Assembly: GCA_963745835.1 (NCBI GenBank)
Contig: CAVUZH010000014.1
Span: forward strand, 128,001-192,000
From: an uncultured delta proteobacterium
GTDB lineage: Bacteria > Desulfobacterota > Binatia > UBA9968
DNA: 64,000 nucleotides
Reading direction: 5' to 3'
Below, one piece after another: positions 1 to 10,485 of the stretch (position 1 is its first letter; each line of letters starts with the position of its first letter). The translations under genes were made by a program, and so were the position numbers. A model generated the notes under the pieces. The model was given only the letters and a program-made list of their open reading frames with translations, was not told the DNA's origin and did not search any database.

Positions 1-1
1 G

Positions 2-943
2 CTCACCCGTCAGTGCAGGCCGGACCGACGACTTTTCGAAACTACCCGAGCTTGCATCATACATAACAGGAGCATCAGCGTTTTCGTCCCATACAATAAA
101 TCGTTGCGCTGATCCGCCGACCATGAGATCGGCTTCCGTCAAAACCGTTCCGGTATCGCTTCGCACGAGAAGCGGCCCGTTAGTCCATTGACTCACGAAC
201 TCGCGGTCGTAGAGCTTTTCTTCGATGACAACATCGATCAGAGCCAACGCCAATGCGCCATCCGCGCCGGGCCTAACTTGCAGCAGAACGTCCGCCTGCG
301 CCGCAGTTCCTACGCGCCGTGGATCGACGGCGACGATTTTCATGCCGCGTTTTTTCGCCGCAACGATGTCATGAGCCAGAATCAAAGACGTCGAGCTCGG
401 GTTATGACCCCAGAGGAGAAAGGTGTTGCTTTGAGCTACGTCGGGCGTAGGAATTTCCACGCCGAACGTGTAGCTAAAACCGGTATCCTTGTGCCAGTTA
501 CAAACATGCGTAGTGGAAACCCAGTTGGGGCTTCCAAAGCTGTTGAGAAAGCGCGCCAGCCAGCGCTCGGCATCGGAAACGGATGTGCCGCCGCGTGTGC
601 CTTTGGCCAAGGCGACTGCGCGCGCACCGAAGCGCTCGCGAATAGAAATCAGCCGCTCGGCGATTTCGTTCAGCGCCTGATCCCAGCTGACCCGTTGCCA
701 GCCGGGATCGGCATCGCCTTTCGGGCGTGTGCGCTTGAGCGGATAATTCAGTCGATCGGGATGATAAACCAACTCAGGCGCCGCTTTGCCCTTGATGCAC
801 AGCACGCCCCCGTTGGGATGATCATGGTCCGCATCGAGGCGAGTTACCTTACCGTCTTCCACTGTTGCGATAGTTGCGCAGTGAGCCGTGCAAAGCGCAC
901 AGTAGCCGCGCACCCTGTGCGAACGTTCTGTGTGATCGGGCAT
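2..943 (-). CDS. Molybdopterin (Mo/W-bisPGD) oxidoreductase, N-terminal part; runs off the window start
   Basis: Not in the ORF track. Manual minus-strand reading from ATG 943 gives MPDHTERSHRVRGYCALCTAHCATIATVEDGKV...GVLCIKGKAAPELVYHPDRLNYPLKRT...WQRVSWDQAL: CxxCxxxC...CxKG 4Fe-4S motif plus PDRLxxPLKR. The frame is still open at the window edge. Confidence 0.9.
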   Translation of the reverse strand, partial: MPDHTERSHRVRGYCALCTAHCATIATVEDGKVTRLDADHDHPNGGVLCIKGKAAPELVYHPDRLNYPLKRTRPKGDADPGWQRVSWDQALNEIAERLISIRERFGARAVALAKGTRGGTSVSDAERWLARFLNSFGSPNWVSTTHVCNWHKDTGFSYTFGVEIPTPDVAQSNTFLLWGHNPSSTSLILAHDIVAAKKRGMKIVAVDPRRVGTAAQADVLLQVRPGADGALALALIDVVIEEKLYDREFVSQWTNGPLLVRSDTGTVLTEADLMVGGSAQRFIVWDENADAPVMYDASSGSFEKSSVRPALTGE

Positions 944-980
944 AGAGTGGAGACTATGTCAAAGGCCGATGGATGCGCAA
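944..980 (-). promoter_or_regulatory. Putative sigma70 promoter, leaderless transcript
   Basis: TTGCGC-N18-TAGTCT-N7-ATG(943), no Shine-Dalgarno. Confidence 0.4.
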
Positions 981-1234
981 CTCTCCGCCGTCTCGAAATT
1001 CGAGACGAATTCTCGTCGTTAGGCAACGATAAATTCTGACGTTTACTAACAATTACTTTGTGAGGCTGCTCAATTCGTCGTAGAAATTTATGGATTCGCC
1101 CAGGGCAGGTAAGCTAGGAACGAGAAGGAGCGCAAAGTGCAACAGGTAGCGCGAGTACGATACGTTCCGGAACACGAACTTTGTTAGGAGGCTCGATCAA
1201 TTAACACTCAGCGTCAATTGTCTCTATCATGATC

Positions 1235-3070
1235 TCAGCGGTTGCGCAGTCGTTCACCGATGGCGCGCGCGAGGGGACTGGTCTCGAGTATTTCCAGAGA
1301 TTCAGGCAATGCCAGAGACCACGATGTCTCTGTGGTGCCCGGGATGTTGGGTCGCTGTTCCACGGCCAAAGCATCTTCCAATGTCGCCGTGACGATCGCC
1401 GAAGGCGCTTGCGCCAGAAGCTCGTAGGTCCGGGTGATCACTTCTTCGACCGGAGTCTCGTCGGTAATCCCCGTCATCGCGCTCAGCCGTTCGGCGATTT
1501 TCAAAGTCCCTTCTTCATTGGGCTCCAGCCCCAGTTCACGCTGCGCCTTGAGATCAGCGCCGCTCCACAAACCGGCAACCGTCGGCAAATCGTGGGTGGT
1601 CACCGCCCCAAGCGCCAATTCAGGATATCGCGCCGGCGGATCGCTCTCGAACCAGAGTAGCCGATAAGACAGGATGCGGCTTTCAGCGAGCTGCTTACGA
1701 ACACCCTCTTCCACCGTGCCGAGATCTTCGCCGACGATATACGCTTTCGACCGTTCGCTTTCCAAAGCCAGTATGGCTAATAACTCATGCTCGGGATAAC
1801 GAACGTAAGCCCCGGCAGTGGGACCTGCGCCTTGCGGAATCCAGAACAAACGGAACAAGCCCATGACATGATCAATTCGAAGTCCTCCGGCATGTCGCAA
1901 TGCTCCCCTTAGCGTCTGGATGAACGGATCATAGCCGGCGGCGCGCAGCTTTGATGGAACAAACGGCGGCAAACCCCAATCTTGACCTTGCATATTGTAT
2001 TCGTCGGGGGGACTGCCGATGCTAAATCCCTCGGCAAACACCTCCTGCCAGGCCCAGGCATCGGCGCCGTTGGCATCAACTCCGATGGGCAGATCTTGCA
2101 TCAAGGAAATTTCGACAGCGGCTTTTGCTAATTGCTCATCGAGCAGCCACTGCAGCCATTGAAAATAGCGCACACGGTTGGACCGCTCGCCGGCAAAACG
2201 GGTCACTGCAGGTGAATCCGGTGTGCGATACTCGCCGGGCCACTGGCGCCAGCCCGCTTGATAGTGCTCAGCGAGCGCACAAAAGGCGGCAAATTGTTCT
2301 AGCGGTTCTCCTTGGTCGCGGCAGAAATTTTCGAAATGGGAATCCCCTGAAAAGCGCTGCCATAGTATCTCTAACGCATCTTTCTTGAGCTTGAATACCG
2401 AATCACGATCGATGCGTTGCTGGCGATTAAGAGCTTTGCCGGCGGCCGCGATTCGTTCCAGATCAAGCTGAAGCTCAGCGGCGCCCGGGATCTCCTCGAT
2501 ACGCAGGTACAGTGGGTTGCGAAAACGCCGGCTACTGGGAAAATAGGGACTTCGCTCCTGCTGCGCATAGGGCGATGCTGCGCCCAGCGGATTGATTAAA
2601 AGCAACCCGGCGTTGAGCTCCCGTGCCGACCAGCGGCCCAACTCACGCAGATCGGCCAAATCCCCGATCCCCCAGCTTCCATCGGATCGAAGCGCATAAA
2701 GCTGCGCCGACCAACCCCAAATCCGCAGATGTTCGGGCAGATAACAGACTCCCGGGCTGACAATTAATTTAGTTTCGCGCTCACGATCCAGATAGCGCAA
2801 CGTGTGATAGCCGAGCGGTAGATCCTCCGGCAGTTCACTTTCCACTTGCAGAGCTGTGCTGTCCTCCAGCGTAATTTCCGCCGGGCCGGACAGGTGTCTT
2901 CGCTCGCCGCGCCGAAGAACCCAGACCGGCGCGCCCTCTTCTTCCGGCATTTGCCCCATCGCTGCGAGGATCGCCGCGTAGGTCTCATCACTGGCTTCAC
3001 GCCAGTTGCCGAAGGCATCCTGGTAATGCTTGACGATAGCTGTTGAGTTGTCCGCGTTCGCCATGGTCAT
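1235..3070 (-). CDS. malQ: 4-alpha-glucanotransferase (amylomaltase, GH77)
   Basis: WGIGDL, SPYFPSSRRF, DLPIGV, GQDWGLPP, LRIDHVMG, GEDLGT, THDLPT, NIPGT motifs; ATGA overlap with treZ. Confidence 0.95.
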   Translation of the reverse strand: MTMANADNSTAIVKHYQDAFGNWREASDETYAAILAAMGQMPEEEGAPVWVLRRGERRHLSGPAEITLEDSTALQVESELPEDLPLGYHTLRYLDRERETKLIVSPGVCYLPEHLRIWGWSAQLYALRSDGSWGIGDLADLRELGRWSARELNAGLLLINPLGAASPYAQQERSPYFPSSRRFRNPLYLRIEEIPGAAELQLDLERIAAAGKALNRQQRIDRDSVFKLKKDALEILWQRFSGDSHFENFCRDQGEPLEQFAAFCALAEHYQAGWRQWPGEYRTPDSPAVTRFAGERSNRVRYFQWLQWLLDEQLAKAAVEISLMQDLPIGVDANGADAWAWQEVFAEGFSIGSPPDEYNMQGQDWGLPPFVPSKLRAAGYDPFIQTLRGALRHAGGLRIDHVMGLFRLFWIPQGAGPTAGAYVRYPEHELLAILALESERSKAYIVGEDLGTVEEGVRKQLAESRILSYRLLWFESDPPARYPELALGAVTTHDLPTVAGLWSGADLKAQRELGLEPNEEGTLKIAERLSAMTGITDETPVEEVITRTYELLAQAPSAIVTATLEDALAVEQRPNIPGTTETSWSLALPESLEILETSPLARAIGERLRNR

Positions 3071-4830
3071 TGCCTCATCGCAGAACCGCGATTGCCGATC
3101 GCCTCAACGATGGCCACAGAGTCCGGCGCCAGTTCGATGCCGTTGCCAACGAGTTTAATTTCTTTATCCGAAGCAAGGACGATGCGCGCATCTTTGCCGA
3201 TGCTTAGCGGCGTTCGCTGCCGGCAGTCGCTTAGATTACATGCTACCGCTATCGGACCACGCGCCATGACCAGCCATTTCGCTTGCTCGTCACAGGTTAC
3301 GGTGACACGGTCCAGCCGTCCATCGGAGAGCGCGGCCAATTCATGGCGCAGCCGGATCACTTGGCGGTGCCAATCGAGCATCTCAGCATGCGGCCCGCCT
3401 CTGCATTCTTCCCACACGAGCTTGGAACGGTCGAAGGTCTCAAGCGCTTGCGGATCCGGAACATCGTTCGAGTGCGCGCTGAAGGCGGCAAATTCGCGCC
3501 GGCGGCCTTCCGTTACCAAGCGGCCGAGTTCAGCATCTTCATGATTTGTAAAATACAAAAACGGCGAACTCGCGGCCCATTCTTCGCCTTGGAAAAACAT
3601 CGGAATGAAAGGCGCGCTCAGCACTAAGGCAGCAGCGATCTTAAGCCTTCCGAGACTTAAGAGATGACTGCTCCGTTCTCCTTTGGCGCGGTTACCAACC
3701 TGATCGTGATTCTGCAAGTAGCCGAGAAAAGAGTGGCCGAGAATTCCCTTGGGAGGTCTTCCATGTCTGCGTCTGCGAAATGCCGAATAATTACCGTCAT
3801 GGACGAATACCCGCTCGATTGCTTTGGCCAAATCCGCCAGTGAGCCGAAATCGGCATAGTAGCCGTCGCGTTCACCGGTGAGCACAGTATGCAACGCATG
3901 ATGGAAATCATCGCTCCACTGAGCGTGGATACCATAACCGCCGATCTCCTGGGAGCGTACGATTTTAGGATCATTGAGATCGCTCTCGGCGATCAGAATC
4001 AAATGCCGGCCGCTTTGGGCCTCCAGTTCGGTCACCTCACAGACCAGCTGTTCAAGAAGGTGCGTAGCAGAGGTGTCGATCAGCGCGTGCACCGCATCGA
4101 GGCGCAGTCCATCGAAGTGATAATCGCGCAGCCACATCAACGCGTTGTCGCATACAAAACGCCGAACTTCATCGCTGTCCGGCCCGTCGAAGTTTATCGC
4201 CTGGCCCCAGGGCGTGGCATACCGCTCAGTGAAATACGGTCCAAAGCGCGCCAGATAATTCCCCGCCGGTCCCAAGTGATTGTAAACGACATCGAGAATC
4301 ACCGCCAAGCCGCGCCCATGACAGGCATTTACCAGACGCTTTAGCTCATCCGGCCCGCCATAGGCATGGTGCGGCGCGTACAGGTCGGCGCCGTCATAAC
4401 CCCAGCCTCGGCTACCGGAGAACTCGGCCACCGGCATCAACTCGATATGTGTGATACCGAGGTCGACTAAATAGTCGAGCTTGTCGATCACCCCGGCAAA
4501 AGTTCCTTGCGGCGTGAAAGTACCGACATGGAGCTCGTAGATAATGGCCGCGGATAGCGGTCCGGCTTGCCAGCGCTGATCGGTCCATGAAAATGCTTTA
4601 TGATCGACCATGCGTGAGGCGCCATGGATGCCCCGGGGCTGCCAGGGCGAGCGCGGGTCGGGCAGAGGCTCACCGCCATCGAGCACGAAGGCATAGTCAA
4701 CACGATTTTGATCGAAAGCTAGCTCGCCGTGCCACCACCCGTAATCAGTGGCCGTCATCGGCTGCCGGCTGCCGGCAACATCGAGTTCAACCCGTTGCGC
4801 ATGAGGCGCCCATACTCGGAACGGAATCAT
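3067..4830 (-). CDS. treZ: Malto-oligosyltrehalose trehalohydrolase (GH13)
   Basis: FRVWAP, YELHVGTFT, WGYDG, DVVYNH, GLRLDAVH, AQWSDDFHH, QNHDQVGNR. Confidence 0.95.
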   Translation of the reverse strand: MIPFRVWAPHAQRVELDVAGSRQPMTATDYGWWHGELAFDQNRVDYAFVLDGGEPLPDPRSPWQPRGIHGASRMVDHKAFSWTDQRWQAGPLSAAIIYELHVGTFTPQGTFAGVIDKLDYLVDLGITHIELMPVAEFSGSRGWGYDGADLYAPHHAYGGPDELKRLVNACHGRGLAVILDVVYNHLGPAGNYLARFGPYFTERYATPWGQAINFDGPDSDEVRRFVCDNALMWLRDYHFDGLRLDAVHALIDTSATHLLEQLVCEVTELEAQSGRHLILIAESDLNDPKIVRSQEIGGYGIHAQWSDDFHHALHTVLTGERDGYYADFGSLADLAKAIERVFVHDGNYSAFRRRRHGRPPKGILGHSFLGYLQNHDQVGNRAKGERSSHLLSLGRLKIAAALVLSAPFIPMFFQGEEWAASSPFLYFTNHEDAELGRLVTEGRRREFAAFSAHSNDVPDPQALETFDRSKLVWEECRGGPHAEMLDWHRQVIRLRHELAALSDGRLDRVTVTCDEQAKWLVMARGPIAVACNLSDCRQRTPLSIGKDARIVLASDKEIKLVGNGIELAPDSVAIVEAIGNRGSAMRQ

Positions 4831-7485
4831 CGGACTTCTTCCTCTCGTAACAAAAGCGCTACCGGAAAACGCTTTAACAGCTTAGCCACTGGAGCGACGC
4901 CGCCAGCCGACGTTTCGCCGGTGAGGTGATTGCGCCAACGTCCGTTGGGGATTTCGATGACGGTGTCGCCCCACTCTCCGGCGAGCTTCAAAGTCAAACG
5001 CGGCACCACCGTCACTGCGCGCTGGTTGCGCGCAAACGCGATGATATGTTCGCGTTTTCGCTCCGGATGGCGTCAATGCGCGGTAACTGTCCTGCGGCTG
5101 AAATAGTTTCCGCTCGTGCCGCGCTTTGAGAGTTTGCCGGATCAACCACAATTTAGGCAGACCCTCATCTGCCCGGGCCAATATCTGCTCGGGTGACATG
5201 CATTTTATCTCGGCAAGCAACCGGCGCCTCGATTGATAATCCACCGGCCGACGGTTGTCGGGATCGACTAGACTTAGATCCCAGAGTTCACTGCCTTGGT
5301 AAAAATCGGGAATGCCGGGGGCGGTGAGTTTAATCAGTGTCTGCGCCAGCGAATTATCCGGCCTGGCTCAACCAGCGGTCTGACGAAACTTTCCAGACTT
5401 TCCGTGAACTCGCAATTGTTCATGATGTCTTCGACGAAAGCTCGCAAAGCATCGTCGTAGATCGGATTCGGATCGGTCCAGGAGGTATGGGTCTTGGCCT
5501 CACGGGATGCTTTCTCCATGTAGGCAAGAACGCGCTCGATTTCGATCGGCCAGGCGCCGACCATGGTTTGATAAAGCAGGTATTCAGTATTTCGATCGGG
5601 AAAGCCCTCGCGGCGATAGCCGCCGTTGAGCTCGGCCCATCTTGTCACCGTCTCCATCCAACGCTCTGGAATTTCTGAAAGCAAATTGATGCGCGCGCGC
5701 ACATCCTCGCTGCGCTTCGTGTCATGTGTCGAGGAAGCGAGCATGGTGCGCGGCCAGCGTGCCTGGGCCGCGGCGCAGCCTAGGTGGAATTCATCTGGAG
5801 ACAGGCCGAAGCGTCCCGGATCGCCGCCCACTTCGTTCAGCGAAACCAGGCGGTTGAAACAATAAAAAGCGGTGTCTTCGACACCCTTGGCCATCACCGG
5901 CCCGGTCAGTTGCTGCAAACGCATGACCCACTCAGTCTCGAGCTGGCCGCGGTGGCGCAGGAGAAGAATGCCGCGAAAGAAATCGAACAACTCACTATCC
6001 AGGTCCGGCCGCCGCGCCTTGGCATCATCGATGGTGCGGTTGATGATTCGCGCATCCTCATCGCTTATAACTCCAGCTTCAGCGCGCACGTAAGTTCGAT
6101 AAATCGGGAAACACGCGATCAATTCGCGTAGCGCTTCGTGCAGCTCGTGTCGCGTGTAGTCGCGATGCCGGCGGTGGCGCTCGCAAATATCGACCAACAA
6201 AGCGGTCAGACGGTTGAGATCGCTGGCCAGAACCTCGCGCAAGACGAAATGTTTTTTGTCACGCACAACGCGCGGCAAAATCGGTCGGCTCGCCGGTGAA
6301 CTCGCCGTAAAACTCGGTCAGCGCCGCCTCCGCGGCCGGATCGACGAAAAGACTGTTCACGCGATAGATAAAGTCGTAGCCTGTGGTTCCGGCTATCGGC
6401 CATGATTCGGGAAGGCTTTCGCCAGGCTCGAGAATTTTTTCGGCTGTGATCCACGCCCGCGGGCACGCCGTATGCAGGCGATCAAAGTACTGTTCAGGAT
6501 CGCGTAGCCCGTCCGGGTGATCGACGCGGACACCGTCCAGCATCCCGCGATTAAGCCAATCGAGGATGAGCGCATGGGTTTGCGCGAACACCTGCTCGTG
6601 CTCCGACTGCAAACCCGCCAGTGTATTGATGTCGAAGAAACGCCGGTAGCCGAATTCGCGCCCTGCCGTGCGCCAAAACGCCAGGCGATAGTTCTGGCGC
6701 TCTAGTAGTGCATCCAACTGATCGGGATCCGAATTCACCTCAGCGACGATCTGATCGAGAGCCCGGGCGACTTGCGGCTGCTCTTCACAGAGCCGCACCA
6801 ACTGGCCTCGCAGGACCTCTTTGTTGCGGTGCCGCCTCTGCACCGCGGCCCAGTCAGTCGCCGTTGACGGCGGCAGTTGACGCAATGCCTCAGCGATAAA
6901 TGCTAAATCGTCCGAATCGCACCGTCGCGCGGCATTGGCGACTAGCTCATCCAAAGAGCGCGGCGAAACCGGGAACACATGATCATGATAACGGATAATA
7001 AACTGCCCGCCTTCGCGTTGCAGCGCGAGTTCGGCTTTTTCTAGCACTCGTCCGTAATGATCGCCCAGTACCGGCAGAAGAACCGTGTTGCGCAATTTGG
7101 CTTCGGGCGGATCCCAGTCGACATCGAAAAATGCCGCATAGCGGCTCGAAGGTCCGTTCTCGAGAACATCCCACCACCAGGGGTTTTCTCTGCCGCCGAT
7201 GGCCATGTGGTTAGGCACGATATCGAGCACCTGCTTGAGCCCATTTTCTTCGAGCGCGGCGCATAAGCGCGCATGACCCTCGGCTCCGCCGAGTTCCTCG
7301 TTGACCTGCTGCGGGTTCACCACGTCATAGCCATGCGTGCTGCCGGGAGCTGCTTGCAGGTAAGGTGAGCAATAAAGATGGCTGATGCCAAGTTCAGCCA
7401 GGTAATCGGTGATCGCGGCGGCATCGGTGAAGCCGAAGCCCGGATGCAACTGAATGCGGTACGTAGCCCGGAGATCAGGTGACAC
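4827..7485 (-). CDS. treY: Malto-oligosyltrehalose synthase, interrupted by three single-base frameshifts (sequencing error or pseudogene)
   Basis: ATYRIQ, GSTHGYDV, DIVPNHM, YRRFFDIN, RVDHPDGL, EKIL, AKGVEDTAFY, STHDTKRSEDVRAR and PGIPDFYQGSELWDLSLVDPDNRRPVD are spread over four consecutive frame segments. Breaks at ~6270, ~5354 and ~5056. Confidence 0.92.
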
Positions 7486-9581
7486 GCCGCAGCACCTTCA
7501 GCGATCGCGCCTCGACAGCAACTTCCTCGCCCGCCTTGTGCGACTCCTGTTCTTCCTGCGCTCGTGTGGCGGCGGTGTCCAAAACCACCGTCCATTCTTT
7601 GCCCCAGTTTTCTTTCGGGAGAACAAAGCGCAATGGTTCATGGTGAGCATTGAAGAGAACGTAATAGCTGTCATCGACGATCCGCTCGCCGCGCGGGTCC
7701 GGATCACCGATAGCTTCTCCATTGAGAAAAACTCCGACCGCTTTGGCAAATCCCTCGCCCCAGTGTTCCTCGGCCATCTCCACCCCTTCGGGCGTAAACC
7801 AGCCGAGGTCGGTGACCGCCGCGCCGTGAATCGGACGGCCCTGAAACCAGCGACGTCTACGGAAGACCGGATGCTGTTTGCGCAGTTCGATTAATTTAGT
7901 CGTGAATTCAAGCAAATCGTGATCGGCGGACTGCCCAATCAAACCAAGAGATCTCGTTGTCCTGACAGTAGCCGTTGTTGTTGCCCTTTTGGGTGCGGCC
8001 GATCTCGTCGCCGCCGAGCAGCATGGGAATGCCTTGGGATAAAAACAAGGTCGATAGAAAGTTGCGCTTTTGACGGTTGCGCAGCGCGTTGACTGCCGGA
8101 TCGTCGGTGGGTCCCTCCGCGCCGCAGTTCCACGAACGATTGTGACTTTCGCCGTCGCGGTTTTCTTCGCCATTGGCCTCATTATGCTTGTCATTGTAAG
8201 AAACCAAATCGTTGAGCGTGAAGCCGTCATGGGCCGTAATGAAGTTCACGCTTGCATACGGCCGTCGGCCCGTCCCCTCGTAGAGATCGGAGCTGCCGGT
8301 GAAGCGAAAGGCAAACTCACCCAGCGTCTGATCCTGTCCGCGCCAATAATCGCGCACGCAGTCGCGGTACTTGCCGTTCCATTCCAGCCACAACGGCGGA
8401 AAGTTTCCCACCTGGTAACCGCCTTCGCCGACATCCCACGGTTCGGCAATAAGCTTGGTCTGGCTAATGACTGGATCCTGTTGGATGATGTCAAAGAAAG
8501 CCGAAAGCCGGTCGACATCGTGCAGGCCCCGCGCCAAGGTGGACGCCAGATCGAACCGAAACCCGTCAACATGCATTTCGAGCACCCAATAGCGCAGCGA
8601 ATCCATGATCAGCTGCAGCACGTGGGGATGACGCATGTTAAGAGTATTGCCGGTTCCGGTGTAATCCATATAGAAACGGCGATCGTCGTTCATCAGGCGG
8701 TAATAGGCAGCATTGTCGAGTCCTTTAAAGGATAGCGTCGGTCCCAGATGATTGCCCTCGGCGGTATGGTTGTAGACCACATCGAGAATTACCTCGATGC
8801 CGGCTTCATGAAGCGCCTTGACCATCTGTTTGAACTCCTGAACCTGCTGGCCGGTCTGACCGCTCGAGGAGTATTCATTGTGCGGCGCCAAGAAACCGAT
8901 GGAATTGTACCCCCAGTAGTTGCGCAAGCCGCGCTCGAGAAGATGCGAATCGTGAACAAACTGATGGACGGGCATGAGCTCCACTGCGGTAATGCCGAGA
9001 CGCGTTAGATAATCGATCGCTTTGGGGTGACTAAGGGCGGCATAGCTTCCCCGCAATTCTTCCGGAATTTCCTCGAGCTTTTTCGAAAAACCTTTGACGT
9101 GCATTTCGTAAATGATTGTCTCGCTCCACCGGGTACGAGGATGGCGGTCGTTGCCCCAATCAAAAAAAGGATTGATCACCACGGATTTGGGCATGAAGGG
9201 AGCGCTGTCAGCTTCGTTGAGAGGGCCATCGGGATCATCGAAGCGGTACGAGAACACCGCTTCATTCCAATCCACTTGGCCTTCAACTGCCCGCGCATAG
9301 GGATCGAGCAACAGTTTCGCCGGACTACAGCGAATGCCGTCTCCTGGAGCCCAGGGTCCATGAACGCGGAAGCCGTAACGTTGACCAGGAACAATGTTAG
9401 GCAGGTAGCCGTGCCAGCAAAGACTCGTTGTCTCGGGAAGGTCGCAACGTGTCTCATTCCCCTGTTCATCGAACAAACAGAGCTCGACTCGGTCGGCTAC
9501 CTCGGAGAAAACTGAAAAATTAGTACCGGCGCCGTCATACGACGCGCCTAGAGGATAATTATTCCCCGGCCAAACCTTCAT
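7475..9581 (-). CDS. glgX: Glycogen debranching enzyme GlgX/TreX, one frameshift near 7935
   Basis: [60 protein letters not shown]; the C-terminus ([10 protein letters not shown]) continues in the frame of ORF 7475..8230. Confidence 0.93.
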
Positions 9582-9703
9582 CTAAACTACTCCCAGCGTG
9601 CTTCGAATGATCAGCCGGAAAGGATGGAGCGCGTCTCGATGTGATTCAATCGGCGATATTTCGATTGTCTGTTGGATTCTATGCTGGTTGAACATCTTGG
9701 TTC

Positions 9704-9719
9704 AGCAAAACGAATGCCA
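9704..9719 (-). promoter_or_regulatory. Putative sigma54 (-24/-12) promoter for glgX-treY-treZ-malQ
   Basis: Minus strand TGGCATTCGTTTTGCT = GG-N10-GC, close to the TGGCACG-N4-TTGCW consensus, ~120 nt upstream of glgX. Confidence 0.6.
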
Positions 9720-10111
9720 CCAGCGTGGGGTTCCCACGCTGCATCGCAGTTGAGCAACTGAGATCACGTCGATTGCGCTAGAAACTGCGCGCGAATGTCT
9801 TTGTCATTCGCGACCTCCAGTCGACCGATGGACTGCTAGTGCCTTGCACGACATTCGGACGCGTTTATATTTTTCATCTAGGCTCAACCGATTAATGTGC
9901 GAATCTGAAACATCCCTTATTGATACCCTATCCCACGAACGCTACACGGTCGCATTTCAGAAGGAAGCACGCGTGATCCGAGGCAGCAGCCACTTGAGAG
10001 ACGCCTCTGCCGAAGCCAGCTGCGGGTTCGTGCCTGAAGTTGGTTTCGTAAGACATAAGAAAGTTCAAGCAAGCGGATCGAAAGCAACTCTCAGACTTCA
10101 TGAAAGACATT

Positions 10112-10127
10112 GGGCGTGATTCTTGCA
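10112..10127 (+). promoter_or_regulatory. Putative sigma54 (-24/-12) promoter facing the diiron-enzyme cluster
   Basis: GGGCGTGATTCTTGCA = GG-N10-GC with TTGCA. Confidence 0.45.
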
Positions 10128-10485
10128 CAATGTACTGGTTTGCGGCTCGTATGGCTTTAACAAACCTATCTGAGTTCTTTGTCGGACTACGCGCTAAATA
10201 AAGTGACCACGCTGCAGAATCTTTTGCTGGTCAGGCTGATATCTCTGAGGGCAGGAATCATTGGGGAGCATCGCCGGCCCTCAACCTATGATCCTATACC
10301 TTCGTAAGACGCGTTTGCGATCATAAGATCTTCCTTCTGCTCTGGCGCTTCCATGGAGCGAACAAACCGGGAAGATAATGCTTCCACCTCGAAACAGCGG
10401 ATTCAGCATTTCATCCTGGGGAAGTTATCGAAAACGCGTCGCCCTTGCAAGAACAAACTTGTCGAGCAGCAAACGGAGGCGATGA

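Noticed and set aside
188-1039. 283-aa plus-strand ORF
   Set aside because: Antisense shadow of the minus-strand molybdopterin oxidoreductase; no recognisable motifs
4827-9581. Programmed frameshifting or phase variation as the cause of the treY/glgX breaks
   Set aside because: No slippery heptamers or long simple-sequence tracts; runs are only 2-4 nt, and similar breaks occur in unrelated genes
9844-10128. 91-aa (+) and 66-aa (-) ORFs in the divergent promoter region
   Set aside because: No RBS or family motifs; they overlap the putative sigma54 regulatory region
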